Under the pieces are notes generated by a model. It was not told the origin of the DNA, did no database searches, and was given only the letters and a program-made list of their open reading frames with translations. A stretch of 61,186 nucleotides of DNA, filler included. It is 9 parts of 9 records of this genome, joined end to end, with 100 filler letters (N's around TTAATTAATTAA, not from the genome) between each part and the next. Parts side by side here need not be neighbours in the genome. Positions count along the whole stretch, not along the records: positions 11,538 to 18,988 come from SRR7504441_2771; positions 19,089 to 22,726 come from SRR7504441_2777; positions 22,827 to 27,546 come from SRR7504441_2778; 6 more parts are not named here. One strand, written 5' to 3'. Made by a program: the position numbers and the translations under genes. Shown piece after piece: positions 12,352 to 24,374 of the stretch. Every line of letters starts with the position of its first letter. Position 1 is the stretch's first letter.

Positions 12352-13843
12352 TCACGGAGAGGGTGGTGGTAATTGTTGTGGCTCTTGTACTTCTTTGTAA
12401 GTGAATCGGGCGGTGCTGATGCAAAGTAGCCGGAGCATGCCTGCCCCGCAAAGCACGGTCCCTAGCGCCACGCAGGCAGGAAAGCTACTCCAACCAGCCA
12501 CTTCGACTGACACTCCGGCCGTAACTGCGCCCAGTCCAGAGCCCATGTACTGACCAGCATTAAGAAGTCCACTCGCTGTGCCGGTGAGGGCCGGGTCCAC
12601 GTGGTCAGAGCTTGCCGCTGCCATTAGCAGCGAAAGGGCTCCGAATAAAAAGAGGGATAGCAAAGCACACGAAGCGGCCGAGAATACCGGGTTGCCCATC
12701 GATAGCCAGAGCAGATATAGCGAGCCAAGCTGGCCAGCGCAGTAAGCCAGTACCACCTGCCCTGTCCGTCAGCCCTCAAATGCCAGGGTTGCTCACCGGG
12801 CCTCGCTTAGCCTGGCAGCAACGGTCTGAGATGAACCCGCCCACCAAAGAGCCCACGATGGCACCGAGCGACATTCCAGTGGTGGTCAGCGTGGAGGATT
12901 GCAGCCCCGGAAGTATGGCTGCCGTTGCTTCGAGGTAGGAGCCAAACCAGGAGACAAAGCTCTCGCGTGCCCAGCCGCACCCAAACAATCCGACGAGGGT
13001 AGCTTGCACGGCGCTGATAGAAAGGATCTCGGAGGCCTTCTGGCAATAAGAACGGTCGTCGCGCTCAGTTGGGTCAGGGTTCAGAGCCACATCCGGAGCT
13101 GGGAGAGCCACATCGTCTTCCGACCTCGACTTGGTGACTCGGGTGACTCCTTCCTTCGGGACATTCCTGACCACAAATATGCAGAGCGGAGCTCCGATGA
13201 AGAGCAGCGTGCCAGCCGGGACCAGCAGCACATAGGCTGGCTCCAGCGCACTGTAAAACCAGCTGCCGGCTGTCAATGCGGTGAAATAGCCGACCGCGAT
13301 ACACACCCCGAAGATCCCAGAGAACACGCCTCGTTCTCGCTTGTCGTACCAGTTGACATTGATTCGTATCACTGAGAGGGCCGCCAGGGAGTTGAAGCTC
13401 ATGTGAGCCACGTGCGCCAAGCCAAACAGCACTGCACTCGGTTGGGACAGCTTCAGGATAACTCCACACGTTCCGCACCCGACCGCGCACCCGACACACC
13501 CAATCGTCAGCCCCGCCCGGCCTCCTATCCGGTCTATAAAATATCCGTTCACTGCGGTGGCCACCCCATAGGCCCAAAACCCTGCGACCAGTATTGATCC
13601 GTACCCTGCTGGGTCCAAGCCCAGCTGAGTTCTCACCTGCTCGGTGTTCACCACCGCGGGCGCGTACCGCGACGAGTAGTACAACACATACACCGCTCCG
13701 GTCGCCAACCAGTTGCGCAGCCGGGCGATCCTGTACGGCCACACGCGCTCGCCGCCCAGCAGCAGATCGGCCGCGATGGCGCAGACCACCGCCGCGACGA
13801 TGACCCCGGCGCAGCCCGCTCGCACCAACAGGGTAGACACCAT
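12352..13843 (-). CDS. MFS transporter, organophosphate:Pi antiporter (GlpT/UhpT-like); one ~40-nt intron near 12757-12796
   Basis: About 12 TM helices with NGYFIDRIGGR, NWYDKRERGVFSGIF, GGFISDR and GTASGLLNAGQYMG. Confidence 0.88.
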
Positions 13844-14036
13844 TGCGAGGATCGAAGAGGCGCTGGCCCGGGCGGCGTTTGACGGCGTGCGACGGGTTCC
13901 AGTTTTACGCTGCTTGCTGCTGTCTAGAGATAAGACGTCTACTGCATGTCGTGCATGTGGCTAGTTTTTAATATCGTACGAGTACCATAAGATACTTGAT
14001 TATAGTCGTGTATAGCATCACGAGTATAATGATTTA

Positions 14037-15074
14037 TTAGCTTTTGATGTCGAGGATCTCCGATGCCGCTCGCAATTGCAACGGCGCCACTGCTTCGGGC
14101 CCGACTCCCCCGGATAGCACGAGCTCTTGAAGTTCGGGCAACACCTCCACGAGAAGCCCTAGCCCGCGCTCACTGAGCTTGTCGAGCCCTCTCAGATCCA
14201 GAACCTCCAGGCCCGTGGCCTTGTGCAGCGGTCGCAACCCTGCCAACCCATACTGTCAGCAGCACTCCTGAGCCCCCTGACAACCTTTGTCCGTCACTCG
14301 CCTGCACCCCCCAATATCGAGCAGCCGGAGCCGTTCGCCCGCTGACTGTCGCGCCGCCAGCCTGCCAATTTGAGCCATTGCACCGTCCGTAAGCCTGACA
14401 CACGCCCGGAGACGGAGCGCCTGCAACGAAAGGCAGCTGCTGCACACGTCCTCCACGTCGAAATCAGTCACGTTAGGGTTGCCGGCCAGCCCGAGCTCCG
14501 TCAGCCGCCTGCCGAGCCTTTGGACCACAGTCTGGACTGACACGTTGGTCAGCTGCCGGCACCCGCCCAGGTTGAGCCTCGTCAGTCCGGGCAACCGGCC
14601 GGCGATGTGCACCAGTCCGGCGTCGGTCACCCCGCTGCACAGCTCCAAGTCCAGCGCCGTCAGGCTCGGTCCGAGCTGCGTCAGCGCCCGGAGGCCGGCG
14701 TCGGACAGCATGTTACAGTCCACCAGCGCCAGCTGGGCCAGCTTCGGCAGCCGGCCGCACAGCAGCCGCAGCCCGCCGTCGTCCAGCTGGCAGCAGAAGC
14801 CCAGGTCGAGCGCGGTCAGGCTCGGGCAGCAGCCGGCCAGAACTTCGAACGAGGCGCGCCCGAGCTGCGAGCACCAGCGCAGGTTGACCTCGGCGATGCT
14901 CGGGTCCAGGGTGAGCCCGGCCAGCGCCCGGAAGGTCTGGTCTGTCCAGCTGGTCCGCCGGCGTTCCATCAGCTCGAGGCACTGCTCCTGGATGGTGGGC
15001 GGCAACCGGTCCAGTTGGACCAGGTGGCAGTTGGACGAGACCCAGTCCAGCACCAGCTCGCGCAGCGGGCGCAT
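14037..15074 (-). CDS. Cysteine-containing LRR (FBXL/AMN1-like) protein; one 45-nt intron near 14240-14284
   Basis: Repeated LxxLxLxxCxxLTDxG units. A GT-AG intron joins VTDK to GLRPL. Confidence 0.85.
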
Positions 15075-15164
15075 TTCTTAACGGCAATTTACGTCTGCTG
15101 CCGGCTCGCCATAGGCGTACGCGTGGCTGGACAGAGAGGGCAGTCTTCCCATCAGATCTCGTCG

Positions 15165-15992
15165 ATGCAGGCGATCCTCGCAGCCGCTGCCGTCCTCTGC
15201 TTCCACCCGGCTCCCAGTGCGGCCGGGGCCAACGCGGCTTGGACCTCCCCGAGTGGCACCTGGATCTCGTCTTTCAGCGGGAAGATGAACGTGCCCAAGA
15301 GAAGCCGGTCGTTCTACAACGGCCACCCGCTCTTCCTTTGGCCTGGCCTCGACCCTTCAGGGCAGGCCACCGGGCTGTTTCAGCCCGTTCTCACGCTGGG
15401 TCAGGGCGGCCAACGGACGCCTGACATGCCGTGGACCATTGCGAATTGGTTCTCACGGTGCGGGCCACACGACGCGGCGCAGTACTGCCATGATGAGTAC
15501 CAGAACGTGTACGAGGGAGACACACTCAGTTGGTACATTCGGCGCGTGGGAGAGTCGAAGGTGTTTCCGATGGAATTCGAGATGGGTTGGAACTCACTCA
15601 ATCGCAACCAGAGCTCGGCTCCTTTTGTGCAGAACGTGACCAAGGGGGCGCAGTTCATATGGGCCACCGAGGCTGAGCCTTGGTTCAACACGAGTGATTC
15701 AGCGCAGTACCAATGGCTTCCGCAGTCGCCGTACAATGTTTGGGACATCCAAGTCCACGATCAGGACGGGCAGCCCATGACGCCATCCTGGAAGTGCGGA
15801 AGTACACCCCCGTCCATCTTGGTCAATTGCAGCTGGAGCGGCCCGAACGGTGAAAAAGGCTTCCAAATGACATTCCCGCTCTCCGAGGCGGATGACAGAC
15901 CAAGTGACGCAAGAAGCGTGACTGGATTACCGGGGGATGGTGCGATGGACCCTCCCACTCGGACGCGAGCGAGCCGTTACGGTGCAGGTTAA
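15165..15992 (+). CDS. Secreted beta-sandwich protein of unknown function (possibly peptidase G1/concanavalin-like fold)
   Basis: Signal peptide MQAILAAAAVLCF, then FSGKMNVP, LFLWPGL, LFQPVL and WTIANWF. Confidence 0.55.
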   Translation: MQAILAAAAVLCFHPAPSAAGANAAWTSPSGTWISSFSGKMNVPKRSRSFYNGHPLFLWPGLDPSGQATGLFQPVLTLGQGGQRTPDMPWTIANWFSRCGPHDAAQYCHDEYQNVYEGDTLSWYIRRVGESKVFPMEFEMGWNSLNRNQSSAPFVQNVTKGAQFIWATEAEPWFNTSDSAQYQWLPQSPYNVWDIQVHDQDGQPMTPSWKCGSTPPSILVNCSWSGPNGEKGFQMTFPLSEADDRPSDARSVTGLPGDGAMDPPTRTRASRYGAG

Positions 15993-16102
15993 TCATGTAC
16001 CGTAGTAGATGAGTGATGACATCTGCCCATACATGTAAAACTAAAACTGCTCCACACTAGCTACAGTGGTAACGGAACCTGGTACAGCCGAACGAAGGTG
16101 AT

Positions 16103-18871
16103 ATGGCGTCGGCCGAAGAGCTCTTGGAGCTGCACAAGAGCGCGGGCGATAAAGTGCGCGAGCTCAAGGAGAAGAAGGAGGACTTCAGCGGGGCGCTGGC
16201 CGAGCTGATGCAGCTCAAAGCCAAGTACAAGGAGCTGACCGGCGAAGACATGCCCGGTGCAAGCAGCAGCAAGAAGAAACCGAAGCAGCCGGCGTCGGAC
16301 AAGCCAAAGCAGGAGGGGCCGAGCAAGACACAGCTCAAGCGCGAGGCCAAGGCCGCCGAGAAGGCAGCCAAGAAAGCCGCCAGCAAAGAAGCGGCCAAGG
16401 CGGAACCGAAGCCCAAGGCTAATGAGACCAAGCCTGCGGTGGCCCCGAAGGCCCAGCCGGCCGCAGCCGCCCGGTTTCCGATGCTTGCGCTCCCCGAGTC
16501 TGCGCCTCGAGCGCAGTGCCTGGCGTGCACAGTGGTCGCTGCCGCTACCAGGCAGCGCGTGTTCATTGCGCGTGGTGCGCCCACATTCCAGAGGGTGAGC
16601 ACCGAGCTGGGGTGCTTGAACCTGCCCTCGCTGTGGCTCTCCGAGACGAGCGTGCTGGTAGGGGCGGAGGCCATCTGCTGGTACCTGGCCTCTATTGAGC
16701 CGAGCACTCCGCTCCTGCCAGAGTCGTCGCAGCCGGCGGTGCGCTCGTGGCTGGAGTGGGACCGCACAACCAGCACCAAGAACAAGCTGGCCGGGCTGGA
16801 CAGCCAGCTCACTGGTGACCTCCTCCGTCCGGGCCTGCAGTTCCTGGCTGCTGACGACAAGCCCACACTGGCTGACGTGATGGTCTGGTGTTCTCTATTC
16901 GCAGCTGGGGCCACAGCACCGGCGTCTGTTGCTGACTGGCAGAGCCGTGTTACTGGACTGTGCCACGCCACTGGGATTGTTGCTGCGGCCAGCTTGTGCC
17001 CTCACCCCGAGCCCGAGCCCGAGGTGGAGGAGGTCGATCCTGCGGTGATCGAGAGCCAAAAATTCTACGTGACGACAGCAATCAACTACACTAATGGCCC
17101 ACCACACATGGGACACGCGTACGAGGGGGTGACCACAGACATGTTCGCGCGTTATCACCGGGTTGCGGGCCGCGATGTATTCTTCTTAACCGGGACTGAT
17201 GAGCACGGTCAAAAGATTGCCGATTCAGCAGAGAAGCTCGGGGTGCAGCCAATAGACATCTGCGACAAGTGGGCCGGTCACTTTCAGAGTTTGAATGAAG
17301 ACCTTCAGGTATCCAACGACGAGTACATCCGCACGACCATGCCCCACCACAAGGAGAACTGTCGCAAACTGTTTGCGAAATGCAGGGCTAAGGGAGATAT
17401 CTACTTGGGCAAATATGATGGCTGGTACAATGTCAAAGAAGAGCAATATGTGACCGAGACAGATGCTACTGCAATGGGGTTCAAAGATGCCGCTGGTAAC
17501 CCGCTGCAGCGGATGCAGACCGAGTGCTACAAATTTGCCATGTCCAAGTACTGCGAGCCTCTGATTGAGCATTACAAAGCAAATCCTGGGTTCTTGCAGC
17601 CAGCGGAGCGGTATAATGAGATAGTTTCACGGCTGAAAAAAGAGGGCCTGATGGACCTGTCCGTATCCAGGACGAAGTCTCAGCTCCAATGGGGCATCCC
17701 TGTACCAGATGATGACAATCATGTTATGTACGTCTGGTTTGATGCGCTGACCAACTATCTCTCTGGAATCAATGCGCCTTATGGAGGTCCCGAGACAAAT
17801 GCCAAGTACTGGCCAGCTGAAGCGCACATCATCGGAAAGGACATCATCTGGTTCCATTGCGTAATCTGGCCGTGTATGCTGATGTCTGCAGGCATTCCAC
17901 TTGCCAAGACAGTTTATGCCCACGGATTTGTGAATGCTGCCGATGGGAACAAGATGAGCAAGTCGGTAGGGAATACTGTAGATCCGTTGGATCTGCTGCA
18001 GAAATATGATGCCGACACTCTGCGCTTCTTCATCGCCGAGTCAGCTGTGTATGGCAGCGACTTGCCTTTCAGTGAGGAGAACATGATTGACTTGCACAAC
18101 GCTCACCTGGCGGATGGCATCGGCAACTTGGTACACAGAGCAACTAACATGATCAAGGCAAATTGCGACGGTTGCATTCCTGATTCTCCACCCACCGCCA
18201 TTTTTGATCTTAAGAAGCTCCGGGTTGGGCTGGAACGTGCGTTTGCAAGCTATGCTCTTCAAGAGGCCTGTCAGCTCACCATGGACGCAGTTAGAGCAAT
18301 CAATAAGTACATTACAGACACAGAGCCGTTCAAAATGAAGTCAAATCCTGTAGAACAGCACAAGATCTTGCGGACAGTTTGTGAAGCAGTGTACATTGTA
18401 GCACACTGCTTGTTCCCATTCATACCGTCTGCGATGGAGGAGGTGATCCGAAGGCTTGGGGCCCCTCAGAAGAAGCTACACCAGCTGTCACCCGAATTCA
18501 ATAATCTGGCACCCGGCACAAAGGTCATGGTGGGCGATATCCTGTTTTCGAAATTCAAGAAGTACAAATGTCCTGTACTCGAAGCTGTTGTTGACAAGAT
18601 CGATGTCTCAGCTCTGAAGGCTGACATAGTGTCACTCGTCGGTGGAGGTGCAGCGCTCTCACCTTGCGATGTGAGGGTTGAAGTTGGTGAACGAAAGGAA
18701 GGAGATGGAGGAGGTGATCCGAAGGCCATCAAAGTTGTCAAGGTTCTGTTGGTTGTCTTAGATGGGAAAGCGAACAAGGAGGAGCAAGGTATTGCAGAGC
18801 AAACACTCGAGGCTCTTGTGAAGAGCAAAAAGTCAGTCTCGTTGGGTGGTGTCACGTGGACAAAGGTATAG
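16103..18871 (+). CDS. MARS: Methionyl-tRNA synthetase with N-terminal WHEP and GST-like domains (intronless)
   Basis: YVTTAINYTNGPPHMGH, FLTGTDEHGQKI, YVWFDALTNY, GKDIIWFH and KMSKS. The N-terminus AGDKVRELKEKK...LMQLKAKYKELTG is a WHEP repeat. Confidence 0.96.
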   Translation: MASAEELLELHKSAGDKVRELKEKKEDFSGALAELMQLKAKYKELTGEDMPGASSSKKKPKQPASDKPKQEGPSKTQLKREAKAAEKAAKKAASKEAAKAEPKPKANETKPAVAPKAQPAAAARFPMLALPESAPRAQCLACTVVAAATRQRVFIARGAPTFQRVSTELGCLNLPSLWLSETSVLVGAEAICWYLASIEPSTPLLPESSQPAVRSWLEWDRTTSTKNKLAGLDSQLTGDLLRPGLQFLAADDKPTLADVMVWCSLFAAGATAPASVADWQSRVTGLCHATGIVAAASLCPHPEPEPEVEEVDPAVIESQKFYVTTAINYTNGPPHMGHAYEGVTTDMFARYHRVAGRDVFFLTGTDEHGQKIADSAEKLGVQPIDICDKWAGHFQSLNEDLQVSNDEYIRTTMPHHKENCRKLFAKCRAKGDIYLGKYDGWYNVKEEQYVTETDATAMGFKDAAGNPLQRMQTECYKFAMSKYCEPLIEHYKANPGFLQPAERYNEIVSRLKKEGLMDLSVSRTKSQLQWGIPVPDDDNHVMYVWFDALTNYLSGINAPYGGPETNAKYWPAEAHIIGKDIIWFHCVIWPCMLMSAGIPLAKTVYAHGFVNAADGNKMSKSVGNTVDPLDLLQKYDADTLRFFIAESAVYGSDLPFSEENMIDLHNAHLADGIGNLVHRATNMIKANCDGCIPDSPPTAIFDLKKLRVGLERAFASYALQEACQLTMDAVRAINKYITDTEPFKMKSNPVEQHKILRTVCEAVYIVAHCLFPFIPSAMEEVIRRLGAPQKKLHQLSPEFNNLAPGTKVMVGDILFSKFKKYKCPVLEAVVDKIDVSALKADIVSLVGGGAALSPCDVRVEVGERKEGDGGGDPKAIKVVKVLLVVLDGKANKEEQGIAEQTLEALVKSKKSVSLGGVTWTKV

Positions 18872-18988
18872 AAATCTCCAAAATAATGTCATCGGTTGAT
18901 AATCGGTTGACTCAGGAACTAAAATCGTGAAAATTGAATTACAAGGTGTTACAAGGTGTTATAGAGGAGAAGAAGGAAGATATGACTA

Positions 18989-19088
18989 NNNNNNNNNNNN
19001 NNNNNNNNNNNNNNNNNNNNNNNNNNNNNNNNTTAATTAATTAANNNNNNNNNNNNNNNNNNNNNNNNNNNNNNNNNNNNNNNNNNNN
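18989..19088. other. Artificial contig linker
   Basis: N-TTAATTAATTAA-N spacer. Confidence 0.98.
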
Positions 19089-20071
19089 TCCGCATGCCCA
19101 TATCGGGCTTTATTTTCATCGAAATGCTTCTTGAGGTGAGCCAGGTAATCAGCGTGCGCCTCCTCGACCTGGTCCTCGGAGTATTTGGCCGTCGAGAATG
19201 GCGGGAACCACACGTTGGTTGTATCATCTGTCAACGGCATAAACGTTCCCCACTTGCCAAACGGCCAGCTTAGTCCGATGAAGATCTTCTGGGAGATTCG
19301 CGCTCGCAGTCCACGCAGCCAGGGTAAGTTGTAGTACATGTTGGACACACCGAACCCGTAGAGCGGCGCGATGTCGGCCTTGTTCTTGATAGCAATTCTC
19401 ACAAACCCGAGCCTCCCCTTGAGGTAATGATACTCTGTTTTCTTATCAGCCGCGTTGGCAAAGCAGCACTCGCTGAACCCACCCGGTGCCATCACAGGGT
19501 CGATCCCCGTGCCATCCGGCATGCGCTTGTCCCACCATGAAGCCACCTCGGCCGCGGAGGCACCCCCGCAGACGTCTCGGTACATCTCAGAGTGGACCGG
19601 GATATGCTGGATGACCGGCGCGAAGCACCCGGCGCTGCCCCGCACCCCGGTCGGGTGCCCGGTGCCGACCTCACCGCCGGCCCGGCCCTCGCAGGAGTAG
19701 ACGTTCTTGGCCACCCAGCCGTGGTAGCCATCCACTAGGATGCCGTGCGGGTGGATGCACAGCAAGTACTTTTTATTCGGGTCGTACAGCTTCCTGAACG
19801 GCGACACAACCTTGGACCGGTATGACGCCCCGAAGCCCAGAACCGTGTGGAAGCCGCGCTGCCACCACCGGTACCGATGGATCGCCGCGTACAGCGCACT
19901 CAGCGCGAGCGAGTGCTTGGGCCACACCGCGGCCGAGGCGGCGAGGGCTGGGATCCAGCCGAAGAGCCTCAGGTGGTGGAACAGGAAGTAGAGCACCGGC
20001 CTGAACGGCTGGAGCAGCGCGCTCCTCGGGAACTCGTCCGCCGAGCTGAACTCCCAGTCCGACTGGCTCAT
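19089..20071 (-). CDS. DGAT2/MGAT family acyltransferase (3'-partial)
   Basis: HPHG motif, PGGFSE and RLGFVRIAIKNKADIAPLYGFG, with an N-terminal TM segment. Confidence 0.88.
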
Positions 20072-20217
20072 CTCAACTCCGGCGGGGCAGTGGTGAGTCT
20101 CACTGACTCCCGCGGCCGTCCGGACTGACTGGCAGTTCAGGTTCAGTTGGCAGTTGGCGCCGCTTCGAGGGAGCTGCGGCGGGTCGGGGCTCGGGGTGGC
20201 ACGAGGTATATCCGGGT

Positions 20218-22484
20218 ATGGCGCTCCGGCACACCCAGCACCGTGCTGCCGAGTCGTCCGAATTCCCCGAGCAGGTCCGCGCCGCCAAGGTGCCCCGTGC
20301 CCCTCGGGCCCGGACCACGCCCCGGGCAGGTCGCAGACATTGTTGCGCTGCTCCGCTGCGACGGCCCTGCCACCAGCGACATCGGGCCGTTCTTAGCCGA
20401 CGATCGCGAACGCCAGGCGGCCGCCGACGGTGCGCCGGTTCCCAGGGCGCCCCAAGCGGCGGGCAGCGATTGTCACCGCGCTGGGCCCGGAGGAGGCCGT
20501 GCAGAGGACCTCGGCGTTCGTCAAGGCGCACTACGCGTTCGAGGTGGATTTGGTCTCGCTGGTGGCTGGCTGTATTCGAGGTGGACTTAATACAGCTGGC
20601 GTCCGATCCCCGCCCACCTCGCCCCGGCCGCAGCCGGCCTTGGTGCCGGACTGGTTCGGCCGTGGCGATCTCCGGCCGGTGCCCCGGAGCAACCCGCAGC
20701 TTGGGGTGTTCCAGTGCGTGGTGGGCGTGCCGGGGGTGGCGTACAGGGCCTCCGCCTGCTACACTGACAAGGCGCGCCTGCCCGGAAGCGGCTGGGTGAG
20801 CCGAGCCTGCAGGTGTCTGAGCCACTGGGCCCGGAGTCGCCGCAGTGCGTGCTCGGCGAGCTCTGCCCGCGGACCTCCGGCGCGCTGGTGGACTTTGTCA
20901 AGTGCAACTCGGGGTTCGGGTTCCTGCCGCTAACAGACAAGACGGTGCCCGGATCGGGTGGGCCGGGCCGATGCTGGGCAGGGCGAGAGGAGATTCTTTG
21001 AGTATTTGGGCGAGATTGGACGTGTGGATCTGTCCCAGCTGGAGATACTCTGCAGCTCGATCGAGCAAGAGCCGGAGGCGGCCGAGTCCAAGAGGATTCT
21101 GCAGGGCCGCGAGTTAGAGGAGCTGGCCAGGCGGGCAGCAGAGAGGACTGCTTCGAGCTGGGTGCCAGGACAGGACGAAGCTGCACTCGTGGCCAATTTC
21201 CGGAAGAAGAAATCTGCCGATAAAAAGCTGGCAGCTGAGGTGGCGTACCTGCGTGGTGCCGAGAATCGGGCTGCTGTGGCGATGAAGGCCGCGGAGAAGG
21301 AGGCTGAGGCTGCGCGGAGTGTGGAGGCGCAGGCATCTGCTGCACGCAAGGAGGCGGTAGATCAGGAAACCGCAGTGGCGCAGGCCAAGCAAGACGCAGC
21401 AACCTGGACCAAGCTATTGGAAGAGGCCGAGGCGTCGAGGCTGGCGGCTGAGGAGCTGGTGGTGGTGACCAGGGTGGCGCAAGAGCATGCTGAGGCCACT
21501 AGAAAGCAGGCGGAGACAGAGGCGACTCAATGCGGACAGTTAGAGCAGCAATGCATAGCGCTGGCCGAGCAGGAGGCCGCGGCGCAGCTGGAGTACGACC
21601 GCCTGCGCCAGTTGCCTCCGGTCGCCCACTCACCTCCGGTCGCCCACTCGCCGCCGGTCCCCGTGGTTCATCCCGGTCCGTCCCCAGTCTTTGGGCAAGT
21701 GGCAACCATGCCTCTGCCATCTCCGGAACAGCGCCAAGAAATGTCCCGGCTGCTGGCCACCGCCAACCGTGTGCAAGAGGCGCAGCACGTAGTGCCGCCA
21801 GTGCAAAGTCCAGTCCCAGTGCGAAATGCTGCTGCCATAAAGGCTTCAGAGGCTTCATTCTCTGCCGCCGGTGAAAAGCGGGCGAATGACATTAGCAAGG
21901 AGGCTGAACTCGTGAACGAGAGGGCCAAAGCTGCGGCAGGGTACCGATCGTTGCCGGAAAAGGCTATGTCCCAATCAGCTTCACCGGCTGCCAATGAAGA
22001 AGCGCCCGCCCTACGAGGGGGCACAGATGAGGATGCAGCCCTGAGGAAGGCAAGAGCGGATTTTGAGGCCCCACCTATGCTGGCAGATAACAGTGAACGG
22101 AGGAGACTGGTGGCTAATGAGGCGCAATCAAAGGTCGAAGCTGCCAAGAGGGCCCAGCAGCAAGCAGCCGCCATGAGGAGACAGCGGCTCGAGGAGGAGA
22201 CCAGGCTGCACAATCAAGTGGCTGAGGCTGCAAAGAAGGCCCGAGAAGAGGAGATGACCGCCAGGGCCAATGCGCAGGCTCAAAAGCAACTCTCTGCGAG
22301 ACAAAGGGTCATGTTCACGAGGGTGGAATCCGATCGAGCACAGGAGTCTACTAGAGTTCGGAGGGCAGCCACCCAGCGTTATCAGATGGGTGTGATAAGA
22401 GATCGGGCCGATAGCGCAACACACGAGGCGGCTGTGAGGCGAGAGGCCCAAGCAGCTCTCAAGCGAGCCGCGCGAAGCAAGTGA
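20218..22484 (+). CDS. Multi-exon protein with a globular N-terminus and long A/E/R-rich coiled coils
   Basis: About five short introns (e.g. 20772-20812, candidate GC-AG) link to the long ORF 20958-22484. Confidence 0.6.
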
Positions 22485-22726
22485 GCTCTTGGATCCTGTT
22501 CTCTAGACTCGCATGGTGTCTCTTTGTTCTACAATAAATCTGTCGTGTAGACTAGTGGCGCATTACTCATACACTCTACAACAGCACACTCATACACTCA
22601 TACATGTAATGTTACACTTGAAGACTAGCCGGTACGAAGACTTAGTACTGGTAGGTACGAAGTAATCAGTTCAGCCGGTACGTTCGAAGTAATTAGTGAT
22701 TGTGTACATTAGTTACTTTATCCTCA

Positions 22727-22826
22727 NNNNNNNNNNNNNNNNNNNNNNNNNNNNNNNNNNNNNNNNNNNNTTAATTAATTAANNNNNNNNNNNNNNNNNN
22801 NNNNNNNNNNNNNNNNNNNNNNNNNN
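22727..22826. other. Artificial contig linker
   Basis: N-TTAATTAATTAA-N spacer. Confidence 0.98.
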
Positions 22827-24270
22827 CCCCCCCCCCCCCTGTACAAGAGACCCGAGGCCGCCGCAAAATGCAGCGCCGACCGGCCCTCTGCGTCCACAGC
22901 GTCAACATAGACTCCCATGTTGACTGCCTGGCCCCACGGGCTCAAGCCCGACTCACTGCGACAGCCACCTTGAGCACGCCGCTCGCAGAGCCCCGATACG
23001 CGTGCGCGAATATCGTCTCCTTACTCACCGGCAGCATCCGACACTGCGGCCCGTCAGCTCGGCCCGGCCGGCCGGCTACCTTGTGGTCCCGTCGCTTCCG
23101 ATTAAAGTGGAGTACTCTATGGCAGTCATCGCAGTACACGGCCGCACACTGGTCGCACTGCATATCCGGGAGCGCAGACTCGCAGTACCCGCACACTGGC
23201 ATCGACCCCGGCGCCATCCGCCGTCGACACTCCTCCCGCCGGGCAGGCTCCCCGGTCGGGGCCGCCACTGGGCTCGGTGGGAGCTCTGGCTCAGCCTGCT
23301 CTGGCTCCGCGCTTTCTGCCGGCTTAGATGGAAGGGCCTTGGCGACCTCCGCCTCGTACTGCTCGACCTGCTTGGCGCTCATGTCGAACCACTCGTCCAT
23401 CGTGGCCAGCAGCAGCCTGCGGCCCAGTCCGGGCACGGCTGTCGAGCCGGCCGTACCTGTGCATCCTGTGGAAGACGTCGCGCATTCCTCGCTGTTGAAT
23501 GATCTTCTCCACCTTGCTTTGGAACCCAAAGAACGAGAAATTCACACGCACGATCTTGTACACGCACATTATCGGCCGGGCGCCCGCATCCCAGCCAGGC
23601 GCGAGCGGACCGCGACCGGCCTTTCGTGACTTCCAGTTGCTGAAGTCGACTGGCAACATCTCCTCGTCGTCCCCGGACGGGCTCTGAGTTATATCCACCC
23701 GCTCCACGCTGGTCTGAGCCCGCTCCTCCGGACTCAACCCGTGCGGATTCTCTGCCAACCTGTTCGGCCAGCCGCCGGCCACCGGCACACCGCAGTCGCC
23801 GCCGTCGTCCAGGTGCACTGTTTCGACACTCATCTGGAAGCTGCGCCCGAGGCTGGCGACCAGCCGGGCTGGGCGCACCGTGTGTCGAAGAAGGCGCACC
23901 GGTAGGTGGTTTTTACTTTGGGGTATTCGTTCCAGCTCTGTTCCTCCAGGCAGAGCGCCGACGACGGCAGCACCAGCGAAGCCCAACGGGGCAGCCTCTC
24001 GCCGAGGTGCACCATCTGCCCACCGGCTGGCCCGCGGCCCGGCCGCCTGGCCGCCTTCTTGGTGTAGATCCCGGGCCGTCCGTCAGCGGCGCTGTAGTTG
24101 CGGCTTTCGATGAATGTGATCCCGTCGGCTGCTGTGCTCTCTAGCTGGCTCAGCCGGCTGGTGGCGTAGAGCATCCCGCGCTGATACTCGCTGACCGAGA
24201 CCGGCAGCACGATCTGCCCCCGCTCAGCGCTGCCCGCAGCGAGCCGCACCCGGTACTCCTTGATAAGCAT
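22827..24270 (-). CDS. Phosphatidylinositol transfer protein (PITP) fused to B-box zinc finger and ankyrin repeats (3'-partial, about 8 short introns)
   Basis: PITP motifs MLIKEYR|IVLPVSVSEY, GIYTKK|MVHL, EEQSWNEYP, GRGPL, IMCVYK and HR|LLLATMDEWF. Then CGYC...CDQCAAVYCDDCHRVLH...DH (B-box) and VDAVDAEGRSALHFAA (ankyrin). Confidence 0.88.
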
Positions 24271-24374
24271 CTCGGGCCCTGCCCAGTCGCCTGTCGCCCT
24301 GTCGCCCACACGTGCCAACGGAAACGGACAGCGCAGCTCAGAAGAAGGCTGTTATACTTCTCAGAGACTCAGCG

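Noticed and set aside
22827-22839. Poly-C run
   Set aside because: It lies at a contig edge and is probably a sequencing artefact or part of a G-rich intron.
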